DNA of 63,938 nucleotides from Paraspadella gotoi (lineage: Eukaryota > Animalia > Chaetognatha). A program made the translations under genes and the position numbers. The first letter of the stretch is position 1. Every line of letters begins with the position of its first letter. Shown one piece after another: positions 23,951 through 38,163 of this stretch. The stretch is from the NCBI GenBank assembly GCA_051294375.1, contig CM119264.1:19413652-19477589 (forward strand). The letters are read 5' to 3'. The notes below the pieces were generated by a model. That model was not told the DNA's origin. It saw only the letters and a program-made list of their open reading frames with translations, and did not search any database.

Positions 23951-24598
23951 CTGAGTTGAATGAAGGAGGGAGAAAACAAAGGGAAAGGTTGGAACTGAGG
24001 AGGAGGGCTCGAGACGACGGGAAGAGGGTGGGAGAGCGGGGGGAAGGGGGATTAAACGGAGGGAGGGGCTGAACGATGTTGGGGGAGTTGAAAAGAAATA
24101 GGGATGAATGTAAAGGGAAACAAAAAAGGAAGGAACGAATCAGGGAATGAAAATGAAAACAAAACAAAAAAGATGCCGAGGAAAACGGGAATAGTTGTGA
24201 AAATTTGTGAAAATTCGTGAAAGGAGAAAGGGAGATGGACAGATGACGCGTACGCGGCGTAAAAACGAGGAGGATGGGAGAAAAAAGGTGAGAGAGACAG
24301 AGGGGTTCATCTTATTTTCTCTCGGGAATCTCAAAGAGTTCTCAAAAGGCACGCAAGAATAGATTTATTACGTCTCGACTTTAATGCCTCGCCTCTTTCT
24401 TTTTTTTTCTTCTTTTTCCTTCATTTTTCTGTATTATTCTCTTTACAAAGACGTAGTCTAGCATCGCCACAAACGTTTCCGAGGAATATTGCCCGCGCAA
24501 TGGTTTTTATTGTCTTCTTATTTTCTTCGCTTTCGCTCCCGCACTACTAGGTTTCTGGGGTGAGAATGAGAATAGTTTCTGTTCTCACATCGTCTTCT

Positions 24599-24635
<37 letters not shown>

Positions 24636-25896
24636 TCCTATCTTTTCCGCTCTTCGTCCTTCTATCTTCTGTTATCTTCTGTTTTGCAAAGTTCCTCTGC
24701 TGACGAGGCGATGGTTGCCTCCGAGTCGCGTTTCCTCTTTCTTTCTCTTTTTTTATTTATTTATTTTTTTCCCATTTTAACGGATGCAGTTTCGTTCGCA
24801 TCGACTTTGCCATTTCCATCGCTCTTTAATGGATACGGTTTCCATCACTTTGAATTGAAGCTGTTTCGTTCATACTGACTTTGCCAGTTGTATTTCTGTT
24901 TAATAGTTTCTTTTAATATAATTTTTGCGATTTTAATCTAATAAAAATTATAGTATTTATTGGGCTTTAAAAAATAACGTCTTACGGCTCTTACGTATAA
25001 ACTTTTCAATGTAAGTACTAACTAATCAACTAACTAACGGACTAACTGACTAAATAAGTAACCAACTAACTATCTAATCAACTAACTAAACTATCCTAAA
25101 ATATGCTACAATAAAATAAATAAAATAACCTGTACTGGAACCTAATATTTGAAATCCCTTTTGTTTTTCTCTTACGCTTCGTTCCTTTTTTTCCCTCAGC
25201 TCGCAGCATCAAATCGCTTTTACTCTTACCATCTTACCATCCCAGATTTTCGATCGTAACCTCCCTTTCATCACTTCCTATCCTCCTTTGCTCCTCTACC
25301 CTCCTTCCTTTCTTTATTTTCCCGCCTTCATTAACTTTCTTTTCCATAATTATCGCTTTAAGGTTTTCGTTTTGAATTCGCGGTTTTGAGCTTCGATTCG
25401 CGCGCATCATTCGCTTTATTGACTTCGCCGCCTTCGTCGACCGTCAAGTCGATCATCTTCGTCCATTTTACCTTTTACCCCTTACGATCTTTTGAGAGAC
25501 CTAGTCCATTATATTCACTTTTTAGTTTGAAAAATATGGTTTTAAAAAAGTATTTCGGTTTTTATCAGTCGGTTTGACGAAAAAACTTATTTGTAATTTT
25601 CTGGGAATAAATTTTTAAAAATTAATTTGTCCCAGAGAAAAACAGTCTTTCTATGCATTGTTGTCATTCTTTTTTTATATTTGAACCAGCAAATTCTTTC
25701 TCACACACCAAATCTCTCCCCACGCCCCACAACCAAATTTCCTCTCACGCCCCCCCCCGTCCAATTTCCTCCTGATTTCGTCCCCGTGGCATCGACTGGC
25801 AGAGAAACGCGTCTCTCATAATCGAGTTTTCTTTTGTTTTTCTTCGTTTTTCGAGATTTGATCAACGAGAGGATAGAGAGAAAGGAGAGAGAGAAG

Positions 25897-25945
<49 letters not shown>

Positions 25946-27650
25946 TTGTGTGTAGGCTGATTTTGTTTTGGACTTCTAAATTCTATCTTATGGAACTGTT
26001 TCTTCCGGAATTGCCTCGAGGAAAAAAGAAATTCTTTTCTCTCCGCGACAAAGGGCGAGTAATTGTAGTCGCTACATCCCCAAACGACAAGTTTGTTTTC
26101 TTGTAACAGGATTAGAAGAACCTGAGGGAATTGTTTTCAGGGAATGATAACTTTTTTCACAAAATATTGTACGCGCAAACTGAGGGAGTGTGGCGGTATA
26201 TTCACACCGCCTCACGTCCATCATCGTTCAGCCAATCGCATAGGCGCAGAGGGGGAACGCACCATTCCAAGAGTTTCGTTCCATCCACATTTCACAGTAC
26301 TAACGATTTCCCACTGCGTTGGCAAAGCGAGACCGTCCTAGGGTAACCGCGTCACTGAGGGTCGGAAGCCCCCAAAGCCAATAGTGAGATGTCCCATCCC
26401 AATGGGCACTTTATCTACGAAACCCATCAAGTCAGTCAATCGGCCAAACTGTGTTTTTTTTTATGCTGCATGCAAAATTTGTTAAAACTTATTATTTTTA
26501 AATATTTATTGACTGTCTTTGTGTATATGTCGTGCTAATTGGCGTGATGTCAGGTTGATCCGCGTTTCGTGGCTGGAGCACGGAATTCGGAAATCACATC
26601 TACGGTAATTTTCACTTTAACAAAACGCAATCAAAAGGGCGGTAATACGAAGCCGCCTTGTGAATCCAAGAGTCTCTCGATTCAGTCAAGAGCTAGGAGC
26701 ATCTCATTGAGAGTCTGCTACCCGTGAGATGCCCAGTACATAGGTATCGCAGGCAATTTAATTTTCTATGTCATATTTAAAATTCAGTTTTTACTGTTCC
26801 CCTAATTGAATTATAACGTTATGAATTCCCTACCCGTTCAATAGATCCCCCTTTACCTTCTAAACACAGTCTTCCTCTTTTCAAAGACCATCTTCCCAGT
26901 TCAAAAGCAGCCTCCCCCTATTCTTTCGTTCTTAAAGACTGTCATCTCTCTTCGCAAGGTCGTCTCCCATTTTATCCATCTCTCTCACGCAACCCCTCCC
27001 CATTCAACCTCCCCCCCCTAAAAAAAAATCACGGCGTCGATGTCGCGAACGACTTCCTTCTCTCCAGGACGAAACGACCTTCGGAATTTCATTTTCTCTC
27101 AAAATATTTTTACTTTTCAATTTTCCGATTTTATGACTTTTGGGGCCACGAAAACGACGTCCCTTGTTTTCTGCGGGCGAGAAAGAAACCGTTCGGGCGG
27201 ACAAGTTTTTTTATCCTTCCCTCTTTCTTCGGCCGAGATTCTTCCATCGAGCGCCGCCTTCACGAACAAAACGGAGAAAATACACCGGCAGAGGCGTGAC
27301 TCAATATTTTTGACGTTGCGTGCAACTTGGAGGGTAATCGCTGAGTCGTACGCGCGATCGCACATTCATCGCTTACATTTCTTCCTTCCTTTCCTTCCTT
27401 CCTTCCTTCCTTCCTTCCTTCCTTCCTTCCTTCCTTCCTTTCCTTCCTTCCTTCCTTCCTTCCTTCCTTCCTTCCTTCCATTCTTCCTTCCTTTCTTCCT
27501 TTCCTTCCTTCCTTCCTTCCTTCCTTCCCTTCCTTCCTTTCTTCCTTCTTCCTTCCTTCCTTCCTTCCTTCCTTCCTTCCTCCTTCCTTCCTTCCTTCTT
27601 TGTAGCTAGTGTTCTTCTCGTTTCTTTTTCCTCTCACTTTTTCTCACTTT

Positions 27651-27741
<91 letters not shown>

Positions 27742-28759
27742 ATCACAGCTCAGATGGATTCTGGGTGAGATGGAATATCACGAGAAGGTGAAAAATTCTC
27801 CGAGTCGCGGGACATAAATGGGTCACAGATGATTCGCGTTGAGCATCGACGTCGAGGGGGAACCGAATGCTTAGGAAGAAGGGAAGGGGTGAGACCTGAC
27901 TGGGTTAATGTTTTCCTGAAGGACGATGATGGGAAATTCTTAGATTAAAGTCGATATCTATTCCTAATTAACGCTTTGCGTTTTCTGAGTAAGACTGAAT
28001 GTTTTACGATTACAATCCCAACGTGTTAATGACTCAACGGTTAATTTCTATTTGGCATTAGATACAGCCGATTTCTGAACCGGGGATTAAGGTGGGATTC
28101 AGGATGGAAAACAAAGATCTCTCGCCAAGAAATAAAAATGGATTCGAAAATTGAAATTCGTCGTCGCTGAATTTGAGGAATTACGAATATGAAATCCTCT
28201 CTCTCTCTCTCTCGTGATTTTATTGAAACTCTTCACTCGGGGCGTGATTGATGGCGGAATCATCTCGTTCACGGACTAACGGATTTAAAGGCGGAAGAGG
28301 AATATGTGTCTACGACGCTTGAAATTTATTTTTATAATTATGATCAATGGGGTCGGTTGAATCTTACATAAAAAGAATGAAATAAAGGGGAAACCGAAGA
28401 AAAGAAAGAAAGCAACTAGAATAAAAGGAAATCAAAAACAAAGAAGGAAAGAAAGATATATGTAGTCGGGCATTGCCTAGGTTCACCCCGCCTATAAGCA
28501 TGACTATATATATATATATTTATATATAAAGAAGATACAAAAGAAAGACGGAAAAAAGAAAGAAAAAGAGAAAGAAAGAAAATGGGAAATCGGAGGAAGG
28601 GAAGAAATGGCCTAAACGTCTTGAGACGAGGACGACTTTCGTTCATGACAAAGGAGAATCATCCCGACCCAAGCGACCCTAACTATTTTGATGGTTGGTT
28701 TACGTTTATCTCCCCCCACTCACCCACCCGGGACTGACAAACTATCCTCTCCTCTCTCT

Positions 28760-28813
<54 letters not shown>

Positions 28814-30719
28814 CTACTCTCTCTCTCTCTCTCTCTTCTCCTTTACTTCTTCTCGATTCTTTATCGTGATTTCGCTTTTCCTCTGCGTGAATCCTGTTCA
28901 CAGTTTGAATCGAGTTTCTTTCTTCATTTTATAGGGAAATCAATGAAGGATTTTCGTTTTTTTTAGGTTAAATATGAGATTGGATTTGGAATAGGGGTAA
29001 AGGGAATGAATATTTTTCCACTTTTAAAAGAATAATGTACTCAGTTTCTCGGAACGGCCGGAGCAACTAAGCGTTAGCCGTCATCAACAACGAAATGAGT
29101 TCTGCTTGTTACAAAACAAAATAAGCAGGGCAAGTTGGGGCGCGGAAACTTCTCTTTCTTTTTTTTTTTTTTTGCTCAATCGGACCCCGCACTCAGTTCA
29201 CTCTTTCGCTATTCCTTTCACTCTCCCTTTTTCCTCTCTCTCTTTTACTCTCACTTTTTCTCCGCCTTTGAATTCTCTCGTTTCTATGGCGCGATCCTTC
29301 CTCGCCTCTCGCCTTTCCTCTCTTTTGAAACGTCCTCGCTCGTCACTTGATAAGTTGACATTTTATATCTTCTCTTCTTTTCCTGTCTTTTTGTCACATT
29401 GTTGTTATGGCCATTTTTTTTTCATATAACCATTTCGCCGAAACGGTTGTCTTTAAAATTCAGAATCCAAAATTTTATGCGTCCCCATCCATTTCTATAA
29501 TACGTTCCACCCTAAATAATAACGGATGTAATGACAACTTTCACCAACTAATGAATTAAAGTTTTTTCTAATATCTCTTTTTCACAAAATTCTTCGAACT
29601 TTTCATGTCAATTTAGTTAGAATTCTTTTTGTTCGTACTATACATGGTACATAAGTTATTTACTTCTTATTGAGAACGGATTTTTTTATTTAATATTCAT
29701 TTTGGTTAAGGATCTTCGATCGTTTTCCGTCTCTGAGTGATATAAACGACAGCGTCTATTCTGTCTCCGAAACCCTGTTTCAACCTCTACAATCTACATA
29801 TCAAAAGTTTGAAGTTTCTTTCACATTTAGTTACTTTCCAACACCAAGCTCCTTATATACCCTGAACAATTCAACTTACGCGGCAGAGTTTGCAGGACAA
29901 GCATTCCACAGCATGAGGCTCTCGACATACGTCGGCCTTTCACATTTCGTCCCCGGGGCTCATGATGATTTCTTTGTTTCTCGCCGTTTGCTTTTATTGT
30001 GTCTTTTTAATAAAATGGAGTCGTTTCTCAAACGCCTCTCTTCATGTCTCCTCCATTTTTCTCTTTTTTTTTCTCGCTTTCTCGCTCTTTTTTTGGTTTG
30101 TCAGTCAGTCTGCATTTCAGTCGCTCGACTGTTTGTCAGTCTTTCTGTCTCATTCGCTTTCTTTTTATTCCATTTTTCCAAACCTTCTCCTTAAGAAAAA
30201 AAATTTCCTCTGCGTCCCCTTTTCTAGTTTCCTAGCATTGTCGGAATAATCGTACGAGAGAGGCTTTCATAAAAAGGGTCGTGGTAAATTCAAATTGTCG
30301 ACGGCAGCATAGAAATTTATTTGATCCTTTTAAAGTGGTTGTTACTTTATTTTATGTATCGATAATAGTAGATGCTAGATGGTCTAACATAAACAGCTTT
30401 CCCCGGTATGTATCCCTATCAGAACATACAATTCTACTTTGTAGTCTTCACCCTCAACAATAACGGATCATAAATAACCTTAATCCTATAACTAATTATC
30501 CTGAAATTTCAATAAATGACTTCTTAACAAGAATGATGTCTAATATCTAATTAGAAAACTAGGGAAGAAAGTAACTTTGTTGTATAGATGCTCCCTTTAT
30601 TTCCAGAAGACAACACTAACATCCCTCTCCCCATTACATTATAAAAGAATATACTTTATATAAAGAATAAAATTAAATCTAATATATAGTGAAATTTATT
30701 AAATTTTTACATTATTTTT

Positions 30720-30908
30720 TAGAAGAGTTTGATATTGATATCAGCAACGATTTATTTTGTTTTAATGTTTTAATGTTTTTAATGTTTTTAGGTACAGGCC
30801 TTCTTCAGCATTAATGCGTTAAATGTCCATTAAAACAAAATAAATCGTTGCTGATATCAATTTCAAACTCTTCTAATTATCTCTACACAACGAAAAGAAA
30901 GGATTACA
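30720..30908. mobile_element. Penelope-like element end fragment with an inverted duplicate and a 13-bp TSD
   Basis: 47-bp inverted repeat 30721-30767 / 30828-30874 (1 mismatch) containing AATAAA. CTGAAGA remnant on the - strand (30802-30808). Flanking direct repeat TTACATTATTTTT at 30707-30719 and 30909-30921. Confidence 0.62.
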
Positions 30909-31405
30909 TTACATTATTTTTAAATTTTAATATAAAATTTTAAAGTCTAATATAGTAAAAATATAGTAATCTTGCAATTTTTCATATATAAATCTAAAAA
31001 ATAAAATATAAATAATAGTGAAACAAGTAATTTTGCAACTTTTATATATACGTAATAAATCCGTTTGTAAAAATCTGCCGCTTTTCATCTGCTTCTGTTT
31101 TTTATTTATTTCCTCTCATCCTTTCCTTATGCGTACGTGAAGTATACTTTTCTTCTGGCTTTCATCTGTTTTTCCTCCCTCCTTTTTTCTATTCCCCTCC
31201 TTTTTTAACCCGACCACCTCCTTCTTCTTTTTTCCTCTCGCCTTCATACCTCAAAGGCCTTCGTTCATATTTCCTCAGAGTTTAATCTGACGGGGAAATC
31301 GAGGGGCGACGTCTACTCCAGGATTGTTTGCTTATAAACAAGAGATGTACAACGTAGCAGGTGATATGCCACCTGCGATGGATGACCAAAAAATAAATGA
31401 AAGAG

Positions 31406-31466
<61 letters not shown>

Positions 31467-32252
31467 GAGAGAAGAGAAGAGAATTTTCTGCTGATAAAAA
31501 GGTAGATGTATTTTTTCTTTTGTTGTTAATGGTCTTGGCGATGCCAATCTCTCTTTTTCCGGTAGAAGTTTCATAATCAACACAATCAATGTTTACTCAG
31601 GCTTTGAAAGGAAAGTTATCTGGATCTTGTTCTAATTGTAATTGTAATAATTAGATCGCTCCTCCTTTTTGTTGCTTTCCCTTTTTTTTTCTGTTTTTGG
31701 ACGTTTATTTGTTTAGTCAGGAAAACGTGAGAAACGATGACGGACGCTCTCCTTCTTTCGATTCTCCGCGCGTTTTTCTGAGTACAGTTCTCAGCAGAAG
31801 ATTCCGTCAAGTTACACCAAGAATCGCGATCGTTAACATTGCCGATTCTTAGTCAAGGACCAAAGACCAAGAACTTTATTGAAAAACTGTTTTTACTCCA
31901 TTTTCGTCACATGCGACCGTTTGATCATCACCGCTTCCTGGCGTGCTTGGTTCGGCGCTCCGGGCTTTTATCGGAGGTGTTTTGACTCCCCTTTGCCAAA
32001 GCTTATGGTCGTTTGACCCCAACGCGTGATAAACGTCCACCGCGTCAACCGACCGCAACAACAACAACAGCCAAAAAGCAATAACGGCGACAGGGTTCCG
32101 ATCTTTCCATCGTCGTCTTTCTCTTTTCGCCCTGGAAATTTTCTTCTTGCAGTTTGTCTCCTTTTTCCGAGAGACTTTCCACTGTTCCATGTTCAGTCCT
32201 CGGGCTTCGGTTTTATCTCTCCAACCATTTATCTTCGAACTTTTTTTCTCCG

Positions 32253-32353
<101 letters not shown>

Positions 32354-32645
32354 CGTTTTTCCGTGGAGAAGAAAGAAATGCAAATTTTGCCGTGAAAGTG
32401 AAATGAATCCAATCACCTCACGTCCGACCAAAAAATAGAGAACCATTCTTGATCGTGTGAGTGGCGCTTGGCACGGATTTGGGATAGAAGAGAAGTGAGA
32501 AAGGAGAGAGAATAAGGAAAAAGAAGGGAAACCAAAAAACAGAGAGAGAGAGAGAGAGAGAGAGACGAGAGAGAGAGAGAGAGAGAAGAGAGGAAGAGAG
32601 AACGAGAGAGAGAGAGAGAAGAAAAACAGATCGAAATGTCCTTAC

Positions 32646-32738
32646 CATTTGGTAGAAAGATCCGCTCCGGCATAGAACATGGCTTCCTCCAAATTGGACC
32701 GCGTATGAATCTGATAAGGTTGTAAAAATCAAGTCTTC
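32646..32738 (-). CDS. Probable exon F of the Ig-domain gene (EDLIFTTLSDSYAVQFGGSHVLCRSGSFYQM)
   Basis: Donor ATG|gtaagg. The acceptor catttccaacaaag| gives 93 bp, phase 0-0, in frame with exon E. The acceptor choice is uncertain. Confidence 0.55.
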
Positions 32739-32965
32739 CTTTGTTGGAAATGATTGAGTGCGTTCTGCGCGGTGAAAAAATACAGTTTTTTACTCTCGTT
32801 ATGAAAGATAGCGCGAAATAGAAAAAAAAGAGAAAAGATTATAACTTATAACTATAAGGAAAATATTAACCTCTCTAATCTTAGTAAGTAAAAGAGTGGA
32901 CGATAAAAAAATATGTAATACATAATATGTACATACAATTGAACTTGTTTTTTTTTTGTACTGAC

Positions 32966-33079
32966 CTCCTCCACTTTGAGTTGAACATCCGACGGAGAGA
33001 TGAGAGGAAAGGAAAAGATTCTGCAAGAGACGTTGTAGATTCCGTGAGCCGAAGGCGGGAGGGACGAGAAGGCGGCAGC
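32966..33079 (-). CDS. Exon E of the Ig-domain gene (AAAFSSLPPSAHGIYNVSCRIFSFPLISPSDVQLKVEE)
   Basis: Acceptor ccttttccaacttggcag| and donor |gtcagt. 114 bp, phase 0-0. NVSCRIFSFP resembles an Ig B-strand (C-x-I-x-S-x-P). Confidence 0.78.
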
Positions 33080-35129
33080 CTGCCAAGTTGGAAAAGGTTA
33101 ATCAGCAGGCCCTTTTCTTATATCCTTCCCGGTTGCCCCCTGCTCCATTGTACTCAAAATTCCTATCCGAGGAACAAAGAAGCTCACGTTATAAAACCTT
33201 CTTTTAATAACAACTTAAGCAGTCGTCTATATAGAAAAAATTAGATAAATTAGTTATTTAAGTCTCCCTCTGCCTGGCATAGTAGATTTTTTTTTTACTT
33301 TTTAGGATAAAAAATAATAAGGTTGATAAATTGTTAATCATCGCGAAGGCGAGGTTCACAAGAAGCGAGACGGCGAGAACGAGACGAACAATCCACCTCG
33401 TCTCTTTGGCAAATGTTCGCGTCGTGACGGAATCACTCTTGCCCTTTTCGTCGGCGTCAAAGTCAATATCGTCGCTTCGTCGTCGTCGTCGTCGTCACTG
33501 CCGCCGCCCTCATCGAGCAAAACAAGACGATCTAGATTGACGAGCCGGGAAACTTGATTTGCATATTTCGGAATTAGAATATGATCTGGGTTCTCCTCGG
33601 AAAAGCGCGATATTGCGAACGTCTTGTACCCCGTTTGCATCTGAGACGCAGATTCGCCAGTTTGAACTATCGCGCCGGATGATTGAAAACAATTTAGGAA
33701 GTTTTCCTGAATTCCGTAAACGTAATTTTTTTACTTTATATAACTGCTCGGTATTTTAATTTGACATCTAATCGAAAAGAACCTACATTACATAACTTTA
33801 TTGAAGAATGAAAAAGAGGAAAGGTAAAAGTTCAGGTAAGAAGGTGGTTTCGTCCTTTACGACTTCACCACCCTCCACGCCCTCGACCGACCGGCCCTTC
33901 TCGTTGAGGCCCCAATCTCGCTCGTCAGAGTTTTGAAACGGAATCGATTAAATTTAATTTTATTCTTTTCTCCCTCTCAGCTTTTCACTCCCTCTATTTT
34001 CTTTTTATTGGTTTCGTTCTTTGTTTCCATCTTTCTTCCTTTCTTTCTCATTTTTTTAAAATTTATTTATTTCTTTCTTTATTGTGCTTTCTTCCTTTTT
34101 CTTTAATTCTTTCTTATGTCGGAAAACAATCGGTTTAATTGGATCTGCATCAACGATTTCGGTTTTGCAATTGCGTCTGGCGTCGACGGTCGTCGCCTTT
34201 CCATTTTTTTATTTCCCATAATTTTTTTTTCGTTTTATCCCTCGCCTTTTCTTTTCTTCGCATTTCATTTTTTTTTCCTTTCAATTCTTTTTTAACCGAC
34301 AATTGATTTCGAAGCCGTCGGTCAAATCTCCTCAAAGCGTCTCGGTGAAACGATGAGTACTGATGGCTTCGGAAGAACAATATAACTGTTTTTTTTTTTT
34401 ATAATTGCAACTATTAGTTTCCGTTAATTTAAATGACGACAATGATGAAGATTAAGGCGACTATATCTACTTCATTCAATAGAAAGTCAGTCCATTAGGG
34501 TAATGGTGCATAGTGCATAGTGCGCACAGGTCCCAGTCCTAGGGCAGGTTAAACCACCGGAAGCAAGTCTACCGCCGAATCAGAAATTTGGGAAAGCAAG
34601 GAAACTGACGGAAATGTTTTTCAATTTGAAAGGGAAATAAAGTGACGAGGGGATTCGGTCAAAGAGTCTCTATGAGTAACGAATGGAGTCGTGACTAAAT
34701 GCTTTAGAATTAGAAAAAATGATAAACTTTTGAAAGGTTGAAGCCATTGGTGTATGGGGTGACCGCATATGATTTGGGAATGAAGGAGGATGAAGAAAAG
34801 GGCGATAGGATTGATTAATAATTGCGATGACTGTGAAGCGAGCGAGTGGAGAGTAGAGAGGGTTTCCGCCGTTTCCTCATCAACGTTTTCGTTGGACGAA
34901 CGAAGATATTTCGATTTCCAATGAAAGACGAAATCAATAAATTATCGACTGATTTTTTTTTTTTGGGGGGGGGAGTATATATATATTATATAAGCTTTGA
35001 CCCTGAGCTTTTAGACCCCTTTTTCGTTTTTATAGTTTGTAACCTCCACCACCGTGAGTTACGGTTTGAAAAGTGATAATTGTACATGAAAGCGAAGGAG
35101 AAAATGGATTCAGAAAGAGTTGCTTTGAA

Positions 35130-35460
35130 TTTTTTTTTATAAACCATTTATTAAATACGTAATGCAACTAAAATCAATCAAACGGTAATAGTAGATTAAT
35201 AATAATAAAATAATAAAAGATAAGAAACATAACCTAGAACAAGAAAAACTGCTGAAAATGCTATGACAAAAAAAGTCTATTATCCATTATTGATTGATTT
35301 TTTTAAATACTGACAATCTGGTTTGCGGATTTCTTCCCTAAACAATGCAGTGTCAATTTTCTCTTTGAAAATTTCATTGCAGATGAGGTAAGTTGACCTG
35401 AAATTAGGCTGTAATTCCAATTTCAGTAGTTGAAAAATTAATTAATTTCTAATCTAGAAT
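35130..35460 (-). mobile_element. Possible 3' end of a poly(A)-tailed non-LTR retrotransposon (L1/Tx1-like)
   Basis: On the - strand a ~50-codon frame (...YLICNEIFKEKID...NNG*) is followed by an AT-rich UTR, AATAAA (35147-35152) and an A9 tail. Confidence 0.3.
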
Positions 35461-36295
35461 GGGATACAGTTACAGAATCGCGAATGTCAGAATATTTGTC
35501 GTCTTTTCCGGATGAAGCCTGTTTTCAACCAAAACCAATTCATCAGTTTTAATTCGTCTAAATAGCGAATTAGGAAAACATCGTGAAATCCCCAGGCTGC
35601 CATCATGTTCTTTTATTGGCGAAACCATGAATGAAATTCTCCTAAGGATTTTTCAAGCGTCGGCAATTGACTTTCATTCGTAGGAAAAAAAATGCGTAAA
35701 GGTCGTAGCTAAGTTGCGGCTGTTGCATTAGAAATACAAATGACTACCAATAATATATCATAATGATTATACACGTGGCATTTCTATGTAAATATATTTT
35801 CAAATAAACATTTTTTACTTTTTTATTACGGTAAAATTAATGAAGAAAAACCTTAAACGCAACTACCTATTATTTATTTTCATACATTCCGCTTCAGTTT
35901 TGATTAAAAAAACACTTTTTATTTTATCAAAATAAGTCTGAAAAAAATAGAGTGGAATATTTTATGTATTTCCAAACAATAAAATTCTTTTGAAAACAAG
36001 AAGAGGAAAAATATAAGTTTAAGTGAAAAGCGATGTTTACTCGGAACGAGGATCTGTCGGCCTGGAGGCCGCCGCCGGCCTCGTCTTTAAAAAGATTCGC
36101 AAAATTTAATTTGTTCCCTGAGATGAAATTCCATGAAAACTCGGAGAATCCCAAAGTTGTGAGTTTTTTCTCGCGCTTTCTACCAATTACAAGAAAAACA
36201 GCGACTTTTGCTTTTTCGCTAGTGACTTATTCGGTTTATTCTTTACTTGCTGGATTTGCTTGCTTTCTTAGTTGCGTCCACAACATCTCACTTAC

Positions 36296-36461
36296 CGCGT
36301 AGCTGACAGGAGGAACGTCGAAAGTGACTGAAGTAGTGGCGCAGAGAAGCTTCGGTTTGAATCTGACTCTAAGGGACTCGAATCCGCAAAAGGGCGGAGA
36401 CATGGAGGAATTCCAGGCACCCGACGACGCCACGCGGCAGTAGAGGGAACGACCGTGGTCT
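36296..36461 (-). CDS. Exon D of the Ig-domain gene (DHGRSLYCRVASSG...ESLRVRFKPKLLCATTSVTFDVPPVSYA)
   Basis: Acceptor ccccttaacag| and donor |gtaagt. 166 bp, phase 2-0. The DHG-x-x-L-x-C and L-x-V-x-F-x-P motifs end a CD80-like C2-set domain, as in nephrin/kirre/sidestep-type proteins. Confidence 0.9.
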
Positions 36462-36989
36462 CTGTTAAGGGGAGAAGGGAGATTGAAACGACAATTAAGT
36501 TCAGCTTGATGTTAAATATATTTTTTTTCGTCAGTAAATTTTTTGATATTAGATCAGTATTCTTATTTCGGACTTTTCGTTTCGTTTGAGATTAGAATCA
36601 AATAAAAAAAAAATGTTTTGTTTGCAAACAAATTCATTTTCAATTTTAAAGAAGCAAACGTACATGTTAGCCTTCATCAGCACAAACTTTTTTATTTGAT
36701 CCTTGACATTAACAATTTTTTAAAGTAGGCGTAAATCTGGTTAATTTTATGAAGAGAGATCATGTAACCCTCGAAATCAATTTTTGAGCGGTTAACTTTG
36801 TGGCACGAAATTCGACTCTGGAATCAAAACGTTAAAACGCATTAATTATCTTCAACCCTTGCCTCAATCCAGATCCCATCTGCTCCCTTTATTCTTCCCC
36901 TTTCCCTTCCCCCAACTCGGACGCATCTTCTCCTCTGAGGCGATTTATTAACTCAATTTATGTACTGAAGCCACAGGAATTGGCGCCTG

Positions 36990-37103
<114 letters not shown>

Positions 37104-38043
37104 TCTCTCTTTCTCTTTCTCTCCCCTTTCTGTATTTCCTCCCTGAGATTTTATTTCTTTCCTCTTTGGCTTTATAGTCTGATTTAATAACAGATTACAC
37201 GAGATTATGGGGAAGGAATAGGCTTTGTAGTCTGAGCCTCGTAATAGATTCGTCACTAAGTTTTGTCTCGAATTGCACGCAGATCGAGGTCGATGGCCGG
37301 TGAAGAAAAAATTAACGAGCGACTGAAGAAAGAAGCATGACAATAAAAGCGACCGAAACAACCGATTAAACCCTTTGAAGAAATAAAATTACGGGGGGAC
37401 GACCATGAATAAAAATGAAAGGGAAAAATCAGGAAAGAAAAAAGAAAAATCTGAAAAAACTGAATGAAATACGAAGAGAAGTCCATGAAATAAACTGACG
37501 ACGATTATTAGTCGGAGCGACTGCGCCACCCGAGTTTAATGACAATCATAAAATTATAGCGATGGACGCGAAAACAGCGGGAACGTGGGAGGGCGTAGGC
37601 GGGCGTGAGAAAAGGCGGACAGGCGGACAGGCGGATGAGCTCGGAAATCAGAAGGCGAGCGTTCAAACATGCCTCGGGGAATACTGGTAGGTAAGCTGCT
37701 CCGTCTTTCAGCTGCGTTTACTTTTCGTCGGTTACGCTTTGCCTATTTCAAACGAAATTCCAGCCTTTCTTTTCTTTAATCAAATCGTTTTGTTATTTTG
37801 AGTCGAGAAACTCTGGTGTTTGAAATACTGTTCGGATTAGATTGGTTCCGAAATAAAAAAAAGAGTGTTTTTTCTTTCTTTTTTAATTTGGTGGGAGTGT
37901 GTGTCAATAGCGGATAACGACAAACTCTGGTGCGTGACTCCAAGGCTTTGCAAAATAAAACGACAGAATGTCATTTAAAAGATAACAAAATAATCGACCA
38001 AAAAATAGCAAAGGAGAATAGGGGGCCGGGATAGAGAGCGAGC

Positions 38044-38163
<120 letters not shown>

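Larger units (their letters stand above)
19390..27737. repeat. Right arm of the giant inverted duplication (~8.3 kb; native gene-bearing copy)
   Basis: Mirror of 10137-19128. It is collinear with the upstream exons of the - strand gene and contains two N gaps. Confidence 0.97.

Noticed and set aside
27748-27788. + strand mini-exon candidate (SDGFWVRWNITR)
   Set aside because: The apparent acceptor arises from a CT microsatellite, the donor is weak, and there is no + strand gene context.
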